A stretch of DNA of 64,000 nt, taken from contig CAXXXF010000018.1 of NCBI GenBank assembly GCA_963667175.2, forward strand, positions 160,001 to 224,000, in the 5' to 3' direction. Position numbers and translations under genes: made by a program. Below are positions 34,250 to 44,283 of the stretch, piece after piece. Every line of letters begins with the position of its first letter. Position 1 is the first letter of the stretch. Source of the DNA: Candidatus Latescibacterota bacterium. GTDB lineage: Bacteria; Latescibacterota; UBA2968; GCA-2709665. The notes beneath the pieces were generated by a model. It was not told the origin of the DNA and made no database searches. It saw only the letters and a list, made by a program, of their open reading frames with translations.

Positions 34250-36049
34250 TTACATTTCCATGCGAAGGACGGCGAGGAATGCTTCCTGAGGGATTTCGAT
34301 GTTTCCCACCTGCTTCATCCTTCGTTTCCCTTCTCGCTGTCTCTCCAGGAGCTTTCGTTTTCTGGTCACGTCACCGCCGTAACACTTGGCGGTGACGTTC
34401 TTTCGGAACGGACGCACCGAAGTCCTGGAGATGACCTTTCTGCCGATGGCGGCCTGGATGACGACCTCGAACATCTGTCGCGGGATGAGTTCCTTGAGTC
34501 TGGAGCAGATCGCCCTTCCCCATTCGTAGGCCTTGTCCCTGTGGACAACTGCGGACAGCGCGTCCACGGGGTCTTCATTGATGAGCAGGTCGAGCTTGAC
34601 CAGGTCCGCGGGCCGGTGCTCCCGGTATTCGTAATCGAACGATGCATACCCTCGCGTAACTGATTTTAGGCGGTCATAGAAGTCGAGTACGATTTCGGAG
34701 AGGGGAAGTTCGTAACGCAGCAGGGCGCGCTCGGGATCCACGAATTCGGTGGTAATATAGATTCCCCTGCGGTCCTGGGCAACCTGCATGGCCGCGCCGA
34801 TGTATTCGGACGGTACCAGGATCTGGGCGTTGAGGACGGGTTCGGCGATTTCTTCGATCTGGACGGCGGCAGGCATCTCGGCGGGATTGTGCACGATCTC
34901 GACGTCCCCGTTGGTGAGCAGAACTTCGTATTCCACGTTGGGTACCGTGGTGATGATCTCCACGTCGAATTCGCGGGCGAGGCGTTCCTGTACGATCTCC
35001 ATATGAAGCAGGCCCAGGAAGCCGCAGCGGAAGCCGAATCCCAGGGCCGTTGACGTCTCCGGCTCGAAGCGGAGCGACGCGTCGTTCAGACGCAGTTTCT
35101 CCAGGGCCGTCCGGAGGTCGGTGTAGTCCTCCGCGTCGACAGGGTAGACGCCGGAAAACACCATGGGTTTGACTTCCTGGTACCCGGGCAGCGGTCTGCC
35201 GGCGGGCCGGCTGGACCCGGTAACCGTGTCGCCCACGTGGAGCTCTTCGAGGTCCTTCACACCCGCGATGAGATAGCCGACTTCTCCGGCCTGCAGCGTG
35301 CGCGTCTTGACACGTTTCAGTTTGAGGACGCCGATTTCTTCGGCCTCGAACTGACGTCCGGTTGAAAAGAAGCGGATGGGCATGTCGGTCCGGAGGGCGC
35401 CCTGGAAGATACGGATCGAGGCGACGGCGCCCCGGTACCGGTCGAAGATGGAGTCGAAGATCAGGGCCTGGAGGGCAGCGTCGGGATCGCCCTGGGGCGG
35501 CGGGATCCGTTCGATGATCGCCTGAAGCAGGGCTTCGACGCCGACGCCCTGTTTGGCGCTGATCTTATGGATATCGGATTCTTCGACCCCCAGAAGGTCG
35601 TGGATCTGCAGGATCACCCGGTCCACGTCGACGTTGGGCAGATCGATCTTGTTGATAACCGGGATGATCTCAAGGTCATGTTCCAGCGCAAGGAGCACGT
35701 TGCTGATCGTCTGTGCCTCCACGCCCTGCGCGGCGTCGACCAGGAGGAGGGCGCCTTCACAGGCGGCCAGGCTTCTGGATACCTCGTACGAAAAGTCGAC
35801 GTGCCCTGGCGTGTCGATGAGGTTGAGGATATACTTCTGACCGTTTGAAGAACGGTAGTCCATCCGGACGGCGTGGGACTTGATGGTGATTCCGCGCTCC
35901 CGCTCCAGGTCCATATCGTCCAGGACCTGGTCCATCATCTCGTTTCGAGACAGTGTCGAGGTCGTTTCCAGGAGTCGGTCCGCGAGGGTCGATTTGCCGT
36001 GGTCGACGTGGGCGATGATACAGAAGTTTCGGATGTTCCGGGCATTCAT
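34250..36049 (-). CDS. lepA: Elongation factor 4 (alternative TTG start at 36067)
   Basis: [42 protein letters not shown]. Confidence 0.98.
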   Translation of the reverse strand: MNARNIRNFCIIAHVDHGKSTLADRLLETTSTLSRNEMMDQVLDDMDLERERGITIKSHAVRMDYRSSNGQKYILNLIDTPGHVDFSYEVSRSLAACEGALLLVDAAQGVEAQTISNVLLALEHDLEIIPVINKIDLPNVDVDRVILQIHDLLGVEESDIHKISAKQGVGVEALLQAIIERIPPPQGDPDAALQALIFDSIFDRYRGAVASIRIFQGALRTDMPIRFFSTGRQFEAEEIGVLKLKRVKTRTLQAGEVGYLIAGVKDLEELHVGDTVTGSSRPAGRPLPGYQEVKPMVFSGVYPVDAEDYTDLRTALEKLRLNDASLRFEPETSTALGFGFRCGFLGLLHMEIVQERLAREFDVEIITTVPNVEYEVLLTNGDVEIVHNPAEMPAAVQIEEIAEPVLNAQILVPSEYIGAAMQVAQDRRGIYITTEFVDPERALLRYELPLSEIVLDFYDRLKSVTRGYASFDYEYREHRPADLVKLDLLINEDPVDALSAVVHRDKAYEWGRAICSRLKELIPRQMFEVVIQAAIGRKVISRTSVRPFRKNVTAKCYGGDVTRKRKLLERQREGKRRMKQVGNIEIPQEAFLAVLRMEM

Positions 36050-36121
36050 CGTCCGGATGTACTCCAATTAGTGGCAACTTCAAAAAATTCAACCGTCTAC
36101 ACGTTGTATATTGAAGGTTAG

Positions 36122-36150
36122 AATATACTCTGTTCAAGGGTTGAAGTCAA
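36122..36150 (-). promoter_or_regulatory. sigma70 promoter of the lepA operon
   Basis: Minus strand TTGACT-N17-TATATT. Confidence 0.7.
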
Positions 36151-36259
36151 CCGCGTATGGGGAATCGACCCGGCCCGGATTCGGGTTGCCGCCCGGTCAC
36201 CGGACGGGGTTGCTCATCGGGCGCAGGAGGACGGTAGTGGTTTCAGAAGGCTAAAGAGG

Positions 36260-36289
36260 TTGACATGCCGGGAAATCCGTCGGTATATT
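36260..36289 (+). promoter_or_regulatory. Putative sigma70 promoter of the divergent oxidoreductase
   Basis: TTGACA-N18-TATATT. Confidence 0.6.
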
Positions 36290-36344
36290 TCGAAAGCAAC
36301 CCGTCTGTTTCCCGGAACGTCATGAAGTAGGGAGATCCGGTTTT

Positions 36345-37556
36345 ATGGAGAGGCTTCGGATTGCGGTGCTCGGTGTGGGCGCCGACCCGGATTCCCGGGC
36401 ACGGCAGTATCTTGACACAATCGTCCGGTTGACGGACCATTACGAACTCATCGGGATCTGCGACCACAACGAACGCGCCCTGGCCGAAGCGTCCGCGGGT
36501 CCGTCAACGGTCCGTTTCCGGGATATCCGGTCCCTCTTTGCCGCGTCGCAGCCCGACGTGGTGCTGAGTATGACGCCCAAGGACTCCCACGTCGTGATCG
36601 CGATGACGGCCGCACGGCACGGCGCCCACGTCATCACGGAGATTCCCGTTGGGCTCACCCGGCGCTACGCGAGGGAAGTTGCGCGGATATGCGAGGAACA
36701 CGGCGTACTGTGGGAGGTGGCGGAGCAGGTGTGGCTCTGGCCTCGGGAGCGGCTTAAAAGGAGAATTATCGAAGCCGGCCTGCTGGGTGAGTTGACCCAT
36801 TCTCGATTGTGGTACCTGACGGGACAATACCACGGTTTCAACGGCGTCCGCTCCCTGCTGGGCGAAGAGGCGAAGCGGGTGCTGGGCTATTGCGGGGAAG
36901 TTCCCGCCCTGCCGTACGAGGCCTACGGCGGAGAGCCTGAGACCACGGTGATGTGGGACCACGCGGTGGTGGAATTCCAAAGCGGTCTCGCGTGCCTGTT
37001 TGAAAAGCCGCCGCGCGCCTTCCCCTCCCCGGCGCAGGGGTTCCCCACCGGTTGGCACGTGGAAGGGACCGGGGGACACCTGGCTCAGAGTCGACTTGTG
37101 CTGTACGGTGACAAGACGTCCCAGGCGTACGACCTGCAGGAGCGTTACGTGGAAATCGACGGAGAGCAGGTGCTCGACGCGGCGCACGTGGATACGGACC
37201 CGCCCGTGGTCTGGGAAAATCCATACGGAAAGTGGCTGATCGGGTCGGCTGACGACGTCGCCAAGGCGAGCATTCTGGTGAGTTTTCACCGGGCGATTAC
37301 CGAAGGCGGCCCGCCGCGGTACGGCCATGAGAACGCGTTGAAAGATTGGGAAATCTGCCTGGCGGTCCGGGAGAGCGCCGATCGGGGGAATACCTGGGTC
37401 GATTTGCCGCTGGGCGAACCGACGGACCTCGAACGGAAAATCGAAGCGGAATTCGTACGGCGCTATGGGCACGACCCGATTGAGGCGCCTGAAAGACTGT
37501 TGGACGCGAACTTCACCCGGTCGGCAACCCTGTGGCCCTTCGCGCACTGGTTGTGA
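36345..37556 (+). CDS. Gfo/Idh/MocA-family oxidoreductase
   Basis: LRIAVLGVG Rossmann start, PDVV..TP..SH, HVITEIP (EKP variant), VAEQ. Confidence 0.85.
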   Translation: MERLRIAVLGVGADPDSRARQYLDTIVRLTDHYELIGICDHNERALAEASAGPSTVRFRDIRSLFAASQPDVVLSMTPKDSHVVIAMTAARHGAHVITEIPVGLTRRYAREVARICEEHGVLWEVAEQVWLWPRERLKRRIIEAGLLGELTHSRLWYLTGQYHGFNGVRSLLGEEAKRVLGYCGEVPALPYEAYGGEPETTVMWDHAVVEFQSGLACLFEKPPRAFPSPAQGFPTGWHVEGTGGHLAQSRLVLYGDKTSQAYDLQERYVEIDGEQVLDAAHVDTDPPVVWENPYGKWLIGSADDVAKASILVSFHRAITEGGPPRYGHENALKDWEICLAVRESADRGNTWVDLPLGEPTDLERKIEAEFVRRYGHDPIEAPERLLDANFTRSATLWPFAHWL

Positions 37557-37632
37557 GGGAGAGAAGGCGCGGCCAGAGGTTTGCCCACAAGTAGATGTTG
37601 ACAAACCTTGCCACCGAGGCCGGAGTTGATAT

Positions 37633-38004
37633 GTGGGCCCGTCCGTCGAGTCAATGCTGGTTCACCTTGTATTGAGAATTGTTCCAGAATGGTCGTTAGA
37701 AGAGCACCACAGAGTCTACCGTGACTATTTTCGAGATCAAGGTAATAAGAATGGATTGAAGGTTTCCCGCACGCTCGAGTCAGGTCTCTCGCTTGAGCTT
37801 GCTGAGCGGTACCGCGCCGAGGGCGTGGTCGAGACTGCACGTGATCTCTTGGGCCACGCCGTTGAGAATCATCCAGGACATGCAGGGTTGTTATATCTGG
37901 AAAAAGCCTTCGATCCGAATAAACCCATCACTTGGCTTGATGTAGTGGCACATCGAAAGTTCACGAAAAACCATGATAAAGTGGAGGATGAGCGGAATCT
38001 CTGA
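37633..38004 (+). CDS. Hypothetical protein or gene fragment, helical/TPR-like, lower GC
   Basis: LAERYRAEGVVETARDLLGHAVENHPGH resembles a TPR unit; start uncertain. Confidence 0.35.
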   Translation: MGPSVESMLVHLVLRIVPEWSLEEHHRVYRDYFRDQGNKNGLKVSRTLESGLSLELAERYRAEGVVETARDLLGHAVENHPGHAGLLYLEKAFDPNKPITWLDVVAHRKFTKNHDKVEDERNL

Positions 38005-38178
38005 GTACCAGATGCTATATGAAGTACGAGAACTCTCCACGCGAGTATCGTGGATACTGGACCACCGGGAGCAGAGTGTAAATCTTCAATTAGATCGGGA
38101 ATATGTGGAATGTCGAGAGCAGACGGTGGCTGTAGAGGTACGGAAAGCGGCCTACGGTACCGGGCTACCGGTAGGGGT

Positions 38179-38640
38179 TCAGAGTCTCTGCAGATGGGTG
38201 AAATTCACGGCGGCTGAAGGATTTTTTTCGAGGGCGGCGAGATAAAGGTCCAGATCTACGGTAAGCAGCGGTGTCTCCGCCGTGACCACCTCCAGGAGCG
38301 CGGCATCCGTCAGTCCGAGGCGTCTGAACTGACTGTTGTCAGATGCCTTTGCGCTTGTAACGGTTATCTCTTCGCTCTCGTGGATGATGAATCGAAGCCG
38401 GTCGAAAAAGAGGGAACGCTCCGGGTCCCGGTGTTGGGCGAGCAGATTGGATGTTTCGGTAAGCGTGTTCGGCGTGACGTACACACGGATTACCGGGTCG
38501 ATGACGTTTAGCAAGAGATCGTAGTCTTCCTCTCCGAATTTTCGCAGTCTGCGATGTTTGGATATCAGTTCGCGACCAACGCTTCCGACGACGAGCAATA
38601 CGAGAAGATTCGCGTCAATGAAAATTCCGGTTGGGGTCAT
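38179..38640 (-). CDS. PIN-domain ribonuclease
   Basis: IFIDANLL, TPNTLTETSNL, GLTDAALL, LLTVDLDL (four acidic catalytic positions). Confidence 0.85.
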   Translation of the reverse strand: MTPTGIFIDANLLVLLVVGSVGRELISKHRRLRKFGEEDYDLLLNVIDPVIRVYVTPNTLTETSNLLAQHRDPERSLFFDRLRFIIHESEEITVTSAKASDNSQFRRLGLTDAALLEVVTAETPLLTVDLDLYLAALEKNPSAAVNFTHLQRL

Positions 38641-38644
38641 CGGA

Positions 38645-38941
38645 TTATTTCGAAGCCGCAAAGACGCGTTCCTTCACCGATATGACCCGGCCGTCCTCGT
38701 CGTTGATTCGAAGGACCTTATAGGACCGTGCCGGGCGTCCTTCACCAAGCGCCGCAGTTAAAGGATTCTTTTGGTCCCACGGACGCGAAAAGCCGACGGT
38801 TATTTTCCAATCAAAGGAATCCTCGTCGAACTCCACTTCCTCGAGACCGACGTTGGCGATTCCCTCGCCGTCGAAGAGGTCAATCAGGTATTCCTTCGCC
38901 ACCTGGGCGGCTTCTCGTACGTCCATATTCGTATCGTCCAT
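38645..38941 (-). CDS. Acidic hypothetical protein upstream of the PIN gene (putative partner; start 38941 or 38926)
   Basis: MDVREAAQVAKEYL...GLEEVEFDE...WKITVGF...YKVLRINDEDGRVISVK; ends 4 nt before the PIN ATG. Confidence 0.75.
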   Translation of the reverse strand: MDDTNMDVREAAQVAKEYLIDLFDGEGIANVGLEEVEFDEDSFDWKITVGFSRPWDQKNPLTAALGEGRPARSYKVLRINDEDGRVISVKERVFAASK

Positions 38942-39090
38942 TGAGGTCTCCACGATTTGTTCACAGCCCCGAAACTCTACAAAAATCAACTGTCGCCCAA
39001 TATACCCAAAACCACAACCTCGGGCAACATGCCTGCTCAAATATCCGTGACATAGGCAGATGAAACCCAGCAGTTGGAGAGGATCTGTGC

Positions 39091-40200
39091 GTGAAAATTG
39101 ACTCCGCGGAAATCAGATACGTGGAACTGCCGCTGATTTCGCCCTGGCGGACCGCTTACGGCGAGGATGCGTCAATCCATTCCGTGATGGTCAAACTAAG
39201 CGGCGGCGGGGCGGAGGCCTGGGGCGAGGCTGCGCCGTTCTACGCCCCGACCTATTCGCCCGAATCCGCGCGGTCCGTCTATGAGACGGCCCGGGAGTTT
39301 TTCCTGCCGCGGATCGTCGGCCATACGCTGGACTCGGCCGACGAAGTCATGGATCGGATATCGATCTACAAGGGAAATCCGTTCTCCAAAGCGGCGGTGG
39401 AGACGGCGTGGTGGGCGCTGGACAGCAAGCTGAAGGGCCTCCCGCTCTGGCGCGCGCTGGGAGCGGACGAGCCGGTGGTGCGATGCGGCGCCGATTTCGG
39501 CGTCCAGGATTCGATCGACGAGCTTCTTGCGCTGATTCAGGGCGCGGTGGACGCGGGTTTCCCGCGGATCAAGCTGAAGGTCAAACACGGGTGGGACATC
39601 GAGATGCTGGACGCCGTCAGGTCGGCCTTTCCCGGTCCGGTGATTCACGTGGATTGCAATTCCGGCTACGACCTGAAAGCGGATTTCGACACGCTCAAGG
39701 CATTCGACCGGTTCAACCTGGCCATGATCGAACAGCCTCTGGACCATACCGATCTCATCGAGCACGCCGAATTGCAGCGCCAGATTGAGACGCCGGTGTG
39801 CCTGGACGAATCGGTGACGCGGCCGCGGGACTTCGAACTCGCGCTGAAGGCGGGCGCCTGCCGCGTGATCAACGTCAAGCCGGGACGCGTGGGCGGGCTG
39901 CGAAACGCCGTACGGATTCACGATATGGCGCGGGACGCGGGGATGGCGGCCTGGGTGGGCGGCATGCTGGAAAGCGGTGTGGGCGCCGGGATTTGCGCCG
40001 CACTGGGGACGCTGCCGGGATTCACCTATCCGGCGGACGTGTTTCCTTCTTCCAAGTTCTACGCCGAGGACATTACGGACCGATGGATACAGCAGGATGA
40101 GAATTGCAACGTTGTGCTGGACGACACGCGTGGCGTGGGATTCGATCCGGCGCCTGAAAGGCTGGATGCGGTGACTTCAATATGTGAGGTGATTGACTGA
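39091..40200 (+). CDS. o-succinylbenzoate synthase / N-acylamino acid racemase (enolase superfamily)
   Basis: WRTAYG, KLKV (KxK), VDCN, IEQP, LDES, INVKPGRVGG, GGMLE. Confidence 0.88.
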   Translation: MKIDSAEIRYVELPLISPWRTAYGEDASIHSVMVKLSGGGAEAWGEAAPFYAPTYSPESARSVYETAREFFLPRIVGHTLDSADEVMDRISIYKGNPFSKAAVETAWWALDSKLKGLPLWRALGADEPVVRCGADFGVQDSIDELLALIQGAVDAGFPRIKLKVKHGWDIEMLDAVRSAFPGPVIHVDCNSGYDLKADFDTLKAFDRFNLAMIEQPLDHTDLIEHAELQRQIETPVCLDESVTRPRDFELALKAGACRVINVKPGRVGGLRNAVRIHDMARDAGMAAWVGGMLESGVGAGICAALGTLPGFTYPADVFPSSKFYAEDITDRWIQQDENCNVVLDDTRGVGFDPAPERLDAVTSICEVID

Positions 40201-40223
40201 GGAGATTCAATGGAAGTGATCTC

Positions 40224-40258
40224 CCCGTCGCTGATGACAATAGGTGACGGGTTTTTTT
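40224..40258 (+). terminator. Rho-independent terminator between convergent genes
   Basis: CCCGTCGC...GTGACGGG stem followed by T7. Confidence 0.65.
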
Positions 40259-41606
40259 ATTCGAATAACTGTGCCAGCAGGTCGCCCGCGACGTTCTCCA
40301 TGGCCGTTGCCGTACCGACGCCGCCCAGGGACGAATTGGCTGCCCAGGTCTCGTAGCCGCCCTCCTCGGTGAGCGCTGTGTCGGTGCAGATATAGCCGAT
40401 GTAACCGTTGGCAAGGCTCACGACGAAGACGGGGCCGGCGGATGTTCGCGACTTGATATTCAGGCCCGATTCGACGAAAACTTCTCCTGGCAGCGCCACA
40501 ATGGCGGAGTTCCCGAGGCTGAAGGCCTGTACAGTGGCGCTCATCCTGGACGGGAGTTGCGCGAGGCGCTTGCATTCCATGGCGTAGACGTCCACGATCG
40601 ACCGGGGGATCGGTTGGCCCACAACCCAGCTGAAGGGTCCGGTATCGTATTCGGGCGGATCGTCCGGCGACGCCAGGATCCTATCGGCCATCTCCAGGTC
40701 TTCGGATGTGATCGTTCTGGGTGAGAAGTCAAAGGTACCCGTTACTGCCCTGAGGTCGAGGGTGTCCTGCATGTCCATGAGCTGGATTTCGGTGAGCGCA
40801 TGGCCGGCCAGGACGTTGGCCATTTTCTTCGCGTGGACGTGGCCCCGGTCTTTCCATCTGCGGCGCCCGCTGAAGTCGATATTGTTGATCTGGCCGGAGG
40901 CCGCGTTCCAGAGGAGCGGGACGCACTCCCCGCCCAGGCAGCCCTGCATCTGCCGGAAGAAGTGCCCGAAATAATCCGCCGAAATACCGCCGCCGGCGCC
41001 GATATAGTGGAGCGAGTAGCAGGCGACGGCCGACAGTGGGTTGCCATCGTGGTCTTCGACGTAGAACATCGCCAGTTCGGGGTCGGTCGGGCCGGTGGGT
41101 TCGATCAGATTCGGATCGGCCACCCCCGGGTTCATCCGGACGGTTCCGTCCTTCATCCGCCAGCGGCGGTTGAACGCGATGCGGTCCTCCTGCACGCTGG
41201 CGAAGCCGATTCGCGCGGGGCGCAGGCGGCGGCACGCGAGTTCGGCTGCGTCGGCGATCTTGAGATGGAGCCATTCGATATAGTCTAAGTCGCCGTCCGT
41301 ACCCAGCAGATCGGCAATGCCGCCCCCGCTGTGCGTGTGGGTGGCGTTGATCAACGTGTGAGCGACGGGGATGCCGCACCGCTGAGCGACGCGCTGCCTG
41401 GCGCGTTCCGAGATATTCTGAGGCATGCAGATGAGGTCGCAGGTGATGAAGGCCAAACGGGCGCGGCCGTTGTCCAGCACAAGGGCTTTGGCCAGGAGTT
41501 CGTCGTCAACGTCTTCGGCGTACCTTGCCCGATGCCCGCCCGGAATGGTCACGCCCAGCCATGGGGTGATGTTGGACGTGGCGGCGCCTGCCTGTAAAGT
41601 GCCCAT
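40257..41606 (-). CDS. Neutral/alkaline ceramidase-like hydrolase
   Basis: RBS AAGGAG; ITP, DELLAKALVL, NATHTHSG, FNRR, SADYFG, LPGEVFVE, LANGYIGY, GGYE. Confidence 0.82.
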   Translation of the reverse strand: MGTLQAGAATSNITPWLGVTIPGGHRARYAEDVDDELLAKALVLDNGRARLAFITCDLICMPQNISERARQRVAQRCGIPVAHTLINATHTHSGGGIADLLGTDGDLDYIEWLHLKIADAAELACRRLRPARIGFASVQEDRIAFNRRWRMKDGTVRMNPGVADPNLIEPTGPTDPELAMFYVEDHDGNPLSAVACYSLHYIGAGGGISADYFGHFFRQMQGCLGGECVPLLWNAASGQINNIDFSGRRRWKDRGHVHAKKMANVLAGHALTEIQLMDMQDTLDLRAVTGTFDFSPRTITSEDLEMADRILASPDDPPEYDTGPFSWVVGQPIPRSIVDVYAMECKRLAQLPSRMSATVQAFSLGNSAIVALPGEVFVESGLNIKSRTSAGPVFVVSLANGYIGYICTDTALTEEGGYETWAANSSLGGVGTATAMENVAGDLLAQLFE

Positions 41607-41620
41607 AGCAGATCTCCTTG

Positions 41621-42622
41621 CTATTCGATTCTCAGGAATTCCCCGCCCCTGCGCGCGGATGCTTCCGCCATGATGCATGCTTTGGCGACAGCCAGTACGT
41701 CCGACGTCGATATGAAATTCTCTTCGCCATTGGAGAATGCGTTCACCATGCGTTCCACAAAGCCGGTGTTGCGCTCGGGCGGGAATGCGGGTTCGTAAGC
41801 GCCCCTGCCGTCGGCGACGATGAGCAGGCTGTCTCCGGCATAGGCCCGCAGGTGGGCCGAACCCTTCGTACCCATGATGATGAAGCGCGTGTCTCCGAAT
41901 GAAGGGGAGTCAACGGGTGTCAGCCAATCCGCCGTGAGCAGGGCGCACGCTCCCGTGCTCATCTGAAACGACGCCTGGACGTGATCCATCTCCAGCATTT
42001 GGGGGCCATCCGTGTGTTTCTTGCACGTGCCGATGGCGTGGACGCCCACGCATTCTCCGCCGGTGAGCCACCGGACCTGGTCCACGCCGTGGCATGCGAC
42101 GTCGCTGAACGTGCCCGTATAGATTTCGGGATCGAAATACCAGTCGGGCGCCCAGTCGCCCAGTTTGTGGGGATGGGTGGAGATAAGGCTGACGATTTCC
42201 CCGAGTTCTCCTGCCAGAATGGCTTCCCTCAGCGCGATGAAGGGCGGGTAACTGCGAGAGGTATACAACATGGTCAGGCGGACGTCGTGGGCCCGGACTG
42301 CAGTCCGGATGCGATTCCAGTCCTCCAGCGACCGGCAGAGCGGTTTGTCCAGAAAGACGTGCGCGCCGGCCGCGGCGCAGGTCTCGATCATGTCCACCTT
42401 TTCGTGGTGGCCCACGCCTTCCATGACGATCTCGGCCCGGGTTGCGTCCAGCATATTCTGGAGCGTGGGAAATCGGGGGACGTGGACGTCGCGGGTAACC
42501 TGTTCGTATAGGGCATCGTCGGGTTCCACGATCCCGACCAGTTCCGCATTGGGGGCGTTGACGGCCGACCGGAACATGCCGCCGATGTGCCCGTAGTGGA
42601 CGCCCATGACTGCAATTTTCAT
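41621..42622 (-). CDS. Gfo/Idh/MocA-family oxidoreductase
   Basis: MKIAVMG, HVFLDKP, GELGEI, GTFSDVACHGVDQVRW. Confidence 0.88.
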   Translation of the reverse strand: MKIAVMGVHYGHIGGMFRSAVNAPNAELVGIVEPDDALYEQVTRDVHVPRFPTLQNMLDATRAEIVMEGVGHHEKVDMIETCAAAGAHVFLDKPLCRSLEDWNRIRTAVRAHDVRLTMLYTSRSYPPFIALREAILAGELGEIVSLISTHPHKLGDWAPDWYFDPEIYTGTFSDVACHGVDQVRWLTGGECVGVHAIGTCKKHTDGPQMLEMDHVQASFQMSTGACALLTADWLTPVDSPSFGDTRFIIMGTKGSAHLRAYAGDSLLIVADGRGAYEPAFPPERNTGFVERMVNAFSNGEENFISTSDVLAVAKACIMAEASARRGGEFLRIE

Positions 42623-42642
42623 CGTATTGCTCCTTCTGACGG

Positions 42643-43761
42643 CTACCCGGAATACAGTTTGATTCTTTCGCGGTCCAGTTCTATCCCAAGGCCCGGCGCC
42701 GTGGGTATGCTAAGCAGGCCGTCGTCGTCAAGTTGGAAGGGTTCGGTAAGGATGTCTTCTATATAGGGCGACGGGGTGATGTACTCCACCCAGCGCGCCG
42801 TGGGGTGGGCCGCGGCGAGATGGAGGTCGGCGGCGAGGCCCACCGCAGTATTCCATCCGTGGGTGACCAGAAGGACGTTGTGGTTGCAGGCGTGCCAGAG
42901 GATGCGCCGGGTCTCCGACAGGCCGCCGACTTTTGTGGCATCCGGCTGGACGACGTCGAAGGCGCCGCGGGCGATCCAGGAAAGGAAGCTCTGCCGGCGG
43001 GTCAGGACTTCGCCTCCCGCGATGGGGACGGGGGCGTTGCGGCGGAGAGCGATGAAACCATCCATATCGTCTGGAGGCAGGGCCTCCTCGAACCAGGCGA
43101 CGTTGTATGCGGCGAGCATCCGGGCGGTTTCGAGCGCCCACTTGTACCCGTGCGGCCAGAACTGGTCGCTTCCGCCGGCGTCGACCATCAGTTCAACGTC
43201 GGCGCCCACCGTCTCGCGGGCGAGTCTGACGAGTCGCTCGTCGGTGCGTTTGTCCACGCGTCCGAAAGGGCCCCACCCGAGTTTGAGCGCGCGGAAGCCG
43301 CGGGAAACGGCCGACTCCAGGGTCTGCCTGAACTTGCCCTCATCAGCCTCGAAGAGGAGCGAACCATAGGGTTTGATCTTATGACGGTAATAGCCGCCCA
43401 ACAGGCGCCCCACGGGTTGCCCGCTGGCCTTGCCCAGAAGGTCCCACAACGCGATGTCGATGCCCGAAATGGCGTGCGTGACGGAACCGCCCCGGCCCTG
43501 CCAGAACGTCGCCTGGTGGAGGTTTTCGGAGACGCGTTCCGGTTCGATGGCCGACTCGCCGACGAGGTGGGGTTTCAGAAGGCGCAGCGCGGCGTCTACC
43601 AGGGCCTTGCTGGTGGCGACGCTACCGAGGCCGGTGAAGCCGCTGTCGGTATGCACTTCCACAAGGGTGTGCAGGTTTTCCGACGGCGGTGTTTCGGCCG
43701 TCCAACCGGATTTCGGCGTCGCTCCCTGGAGACCAATTGTCTGGATGCCTGTGATTTTCAT
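42643..43761 (-). CDS. Mandelate racemase/muconate-lactonizing enzyme family dehydratase
   Basis: ATG 43761 (MKITGI); AISGIDIALWDLLGK, LMVDAG, WFEEA, GGE, VQPD. Confidence 0.92.
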   Translation of the reverse strand: MKITGIQTIGLQGATPKSGWTAETPPSENLHTLVEVHTDSGFTGLGSVATSKALVDAALRLLKPHLVGESAIEPERVSENLHQATFWQGRGGSVTHAISGIDIALWDLLGKASGQPVGRLLGGYYRHKIKPYGSLLFEADEGKFRQTLESAVSRGFRALKLGWGPFGRVDKRTDERLVRLARETVGADVELMVDAGGSDQFWPHGYKWALETARMLAAYNVAWFEEALPPDDMDGFIALRRNAPVPIAGGEVLTRRQSFLSWIARGAFDVVQPDATKVGGLSETRRILWHACNHNVLLVTHGWNTAVGLAADLHLAAAHPTARWVEYITPSPYIEDILTEPFQLDDDGLLSIPTAPGLGIELDRERIKLYSG

Positions 43762-44127
43762 GACGTCCGATCGGTAGCTGGAAGCAGCCGACGGCGTTGG
43801 CGAGCACGCTCGGGTTGCCGGCAGGTGTAAGAATGGCCATCGTAAAAACGTCGAATTCTGCGCCAGTTGCCGTCCGGATGGATGCCGGACGGCCTCAATA
43901 TATGGAATCCGCGTATCGCCTTCAACAGGAAATCGCGGTATGCCGGCACATCCGGCGTGGCATAGGCCTGCCAAAATGGCAGCTTTCGAATTTCTGGTCG
44001 TGCCGGCACGAATTGCAAGGAATTTCCGGAGCGGAATCATTCCCTTAACTAACTCTATAACAATATTTTATTGACACAATGCTCTTTCGGGCACAATAGT
44101 TGCATGTGTTCAGTCCCGGCGACGGAG

Positions 44128-44222
44128 ACCCTCACCGCCCGGCCCCTCTCCCCGCGTTCAGGTCTTTCATCTACCGGCTCCCGTCTACCCGCCTCTTGGC
44201 GACCACAGGGGTTGCCCCTGCA
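44128..44222. repeat. Mosaic of short palindromic/REP-like units upstream of lon
   Basis: CCCTCACC..CCCTCTCCC; TCTACCGGCTCCCGTCTACCCGCCTCT (rc-similar to 7146-7180); rc GCAGGGGCAACCCCTGTGGTCGCC. Confidence 0.45.
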
Positions 44223-44283
44223 AATAAAAACGCTTGCGATTCTCCGAATATTCGATTGTTGACCAACATAAGGAGCGAACCGG

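Noticed and set aside
44071-44100. sigma70 or CIRCE/heat-shock control site for lon
   Set aside because: TTGACA is present but no good -10 lies at 16-18 nt spacing, and there is no CIRCE inverted repeat
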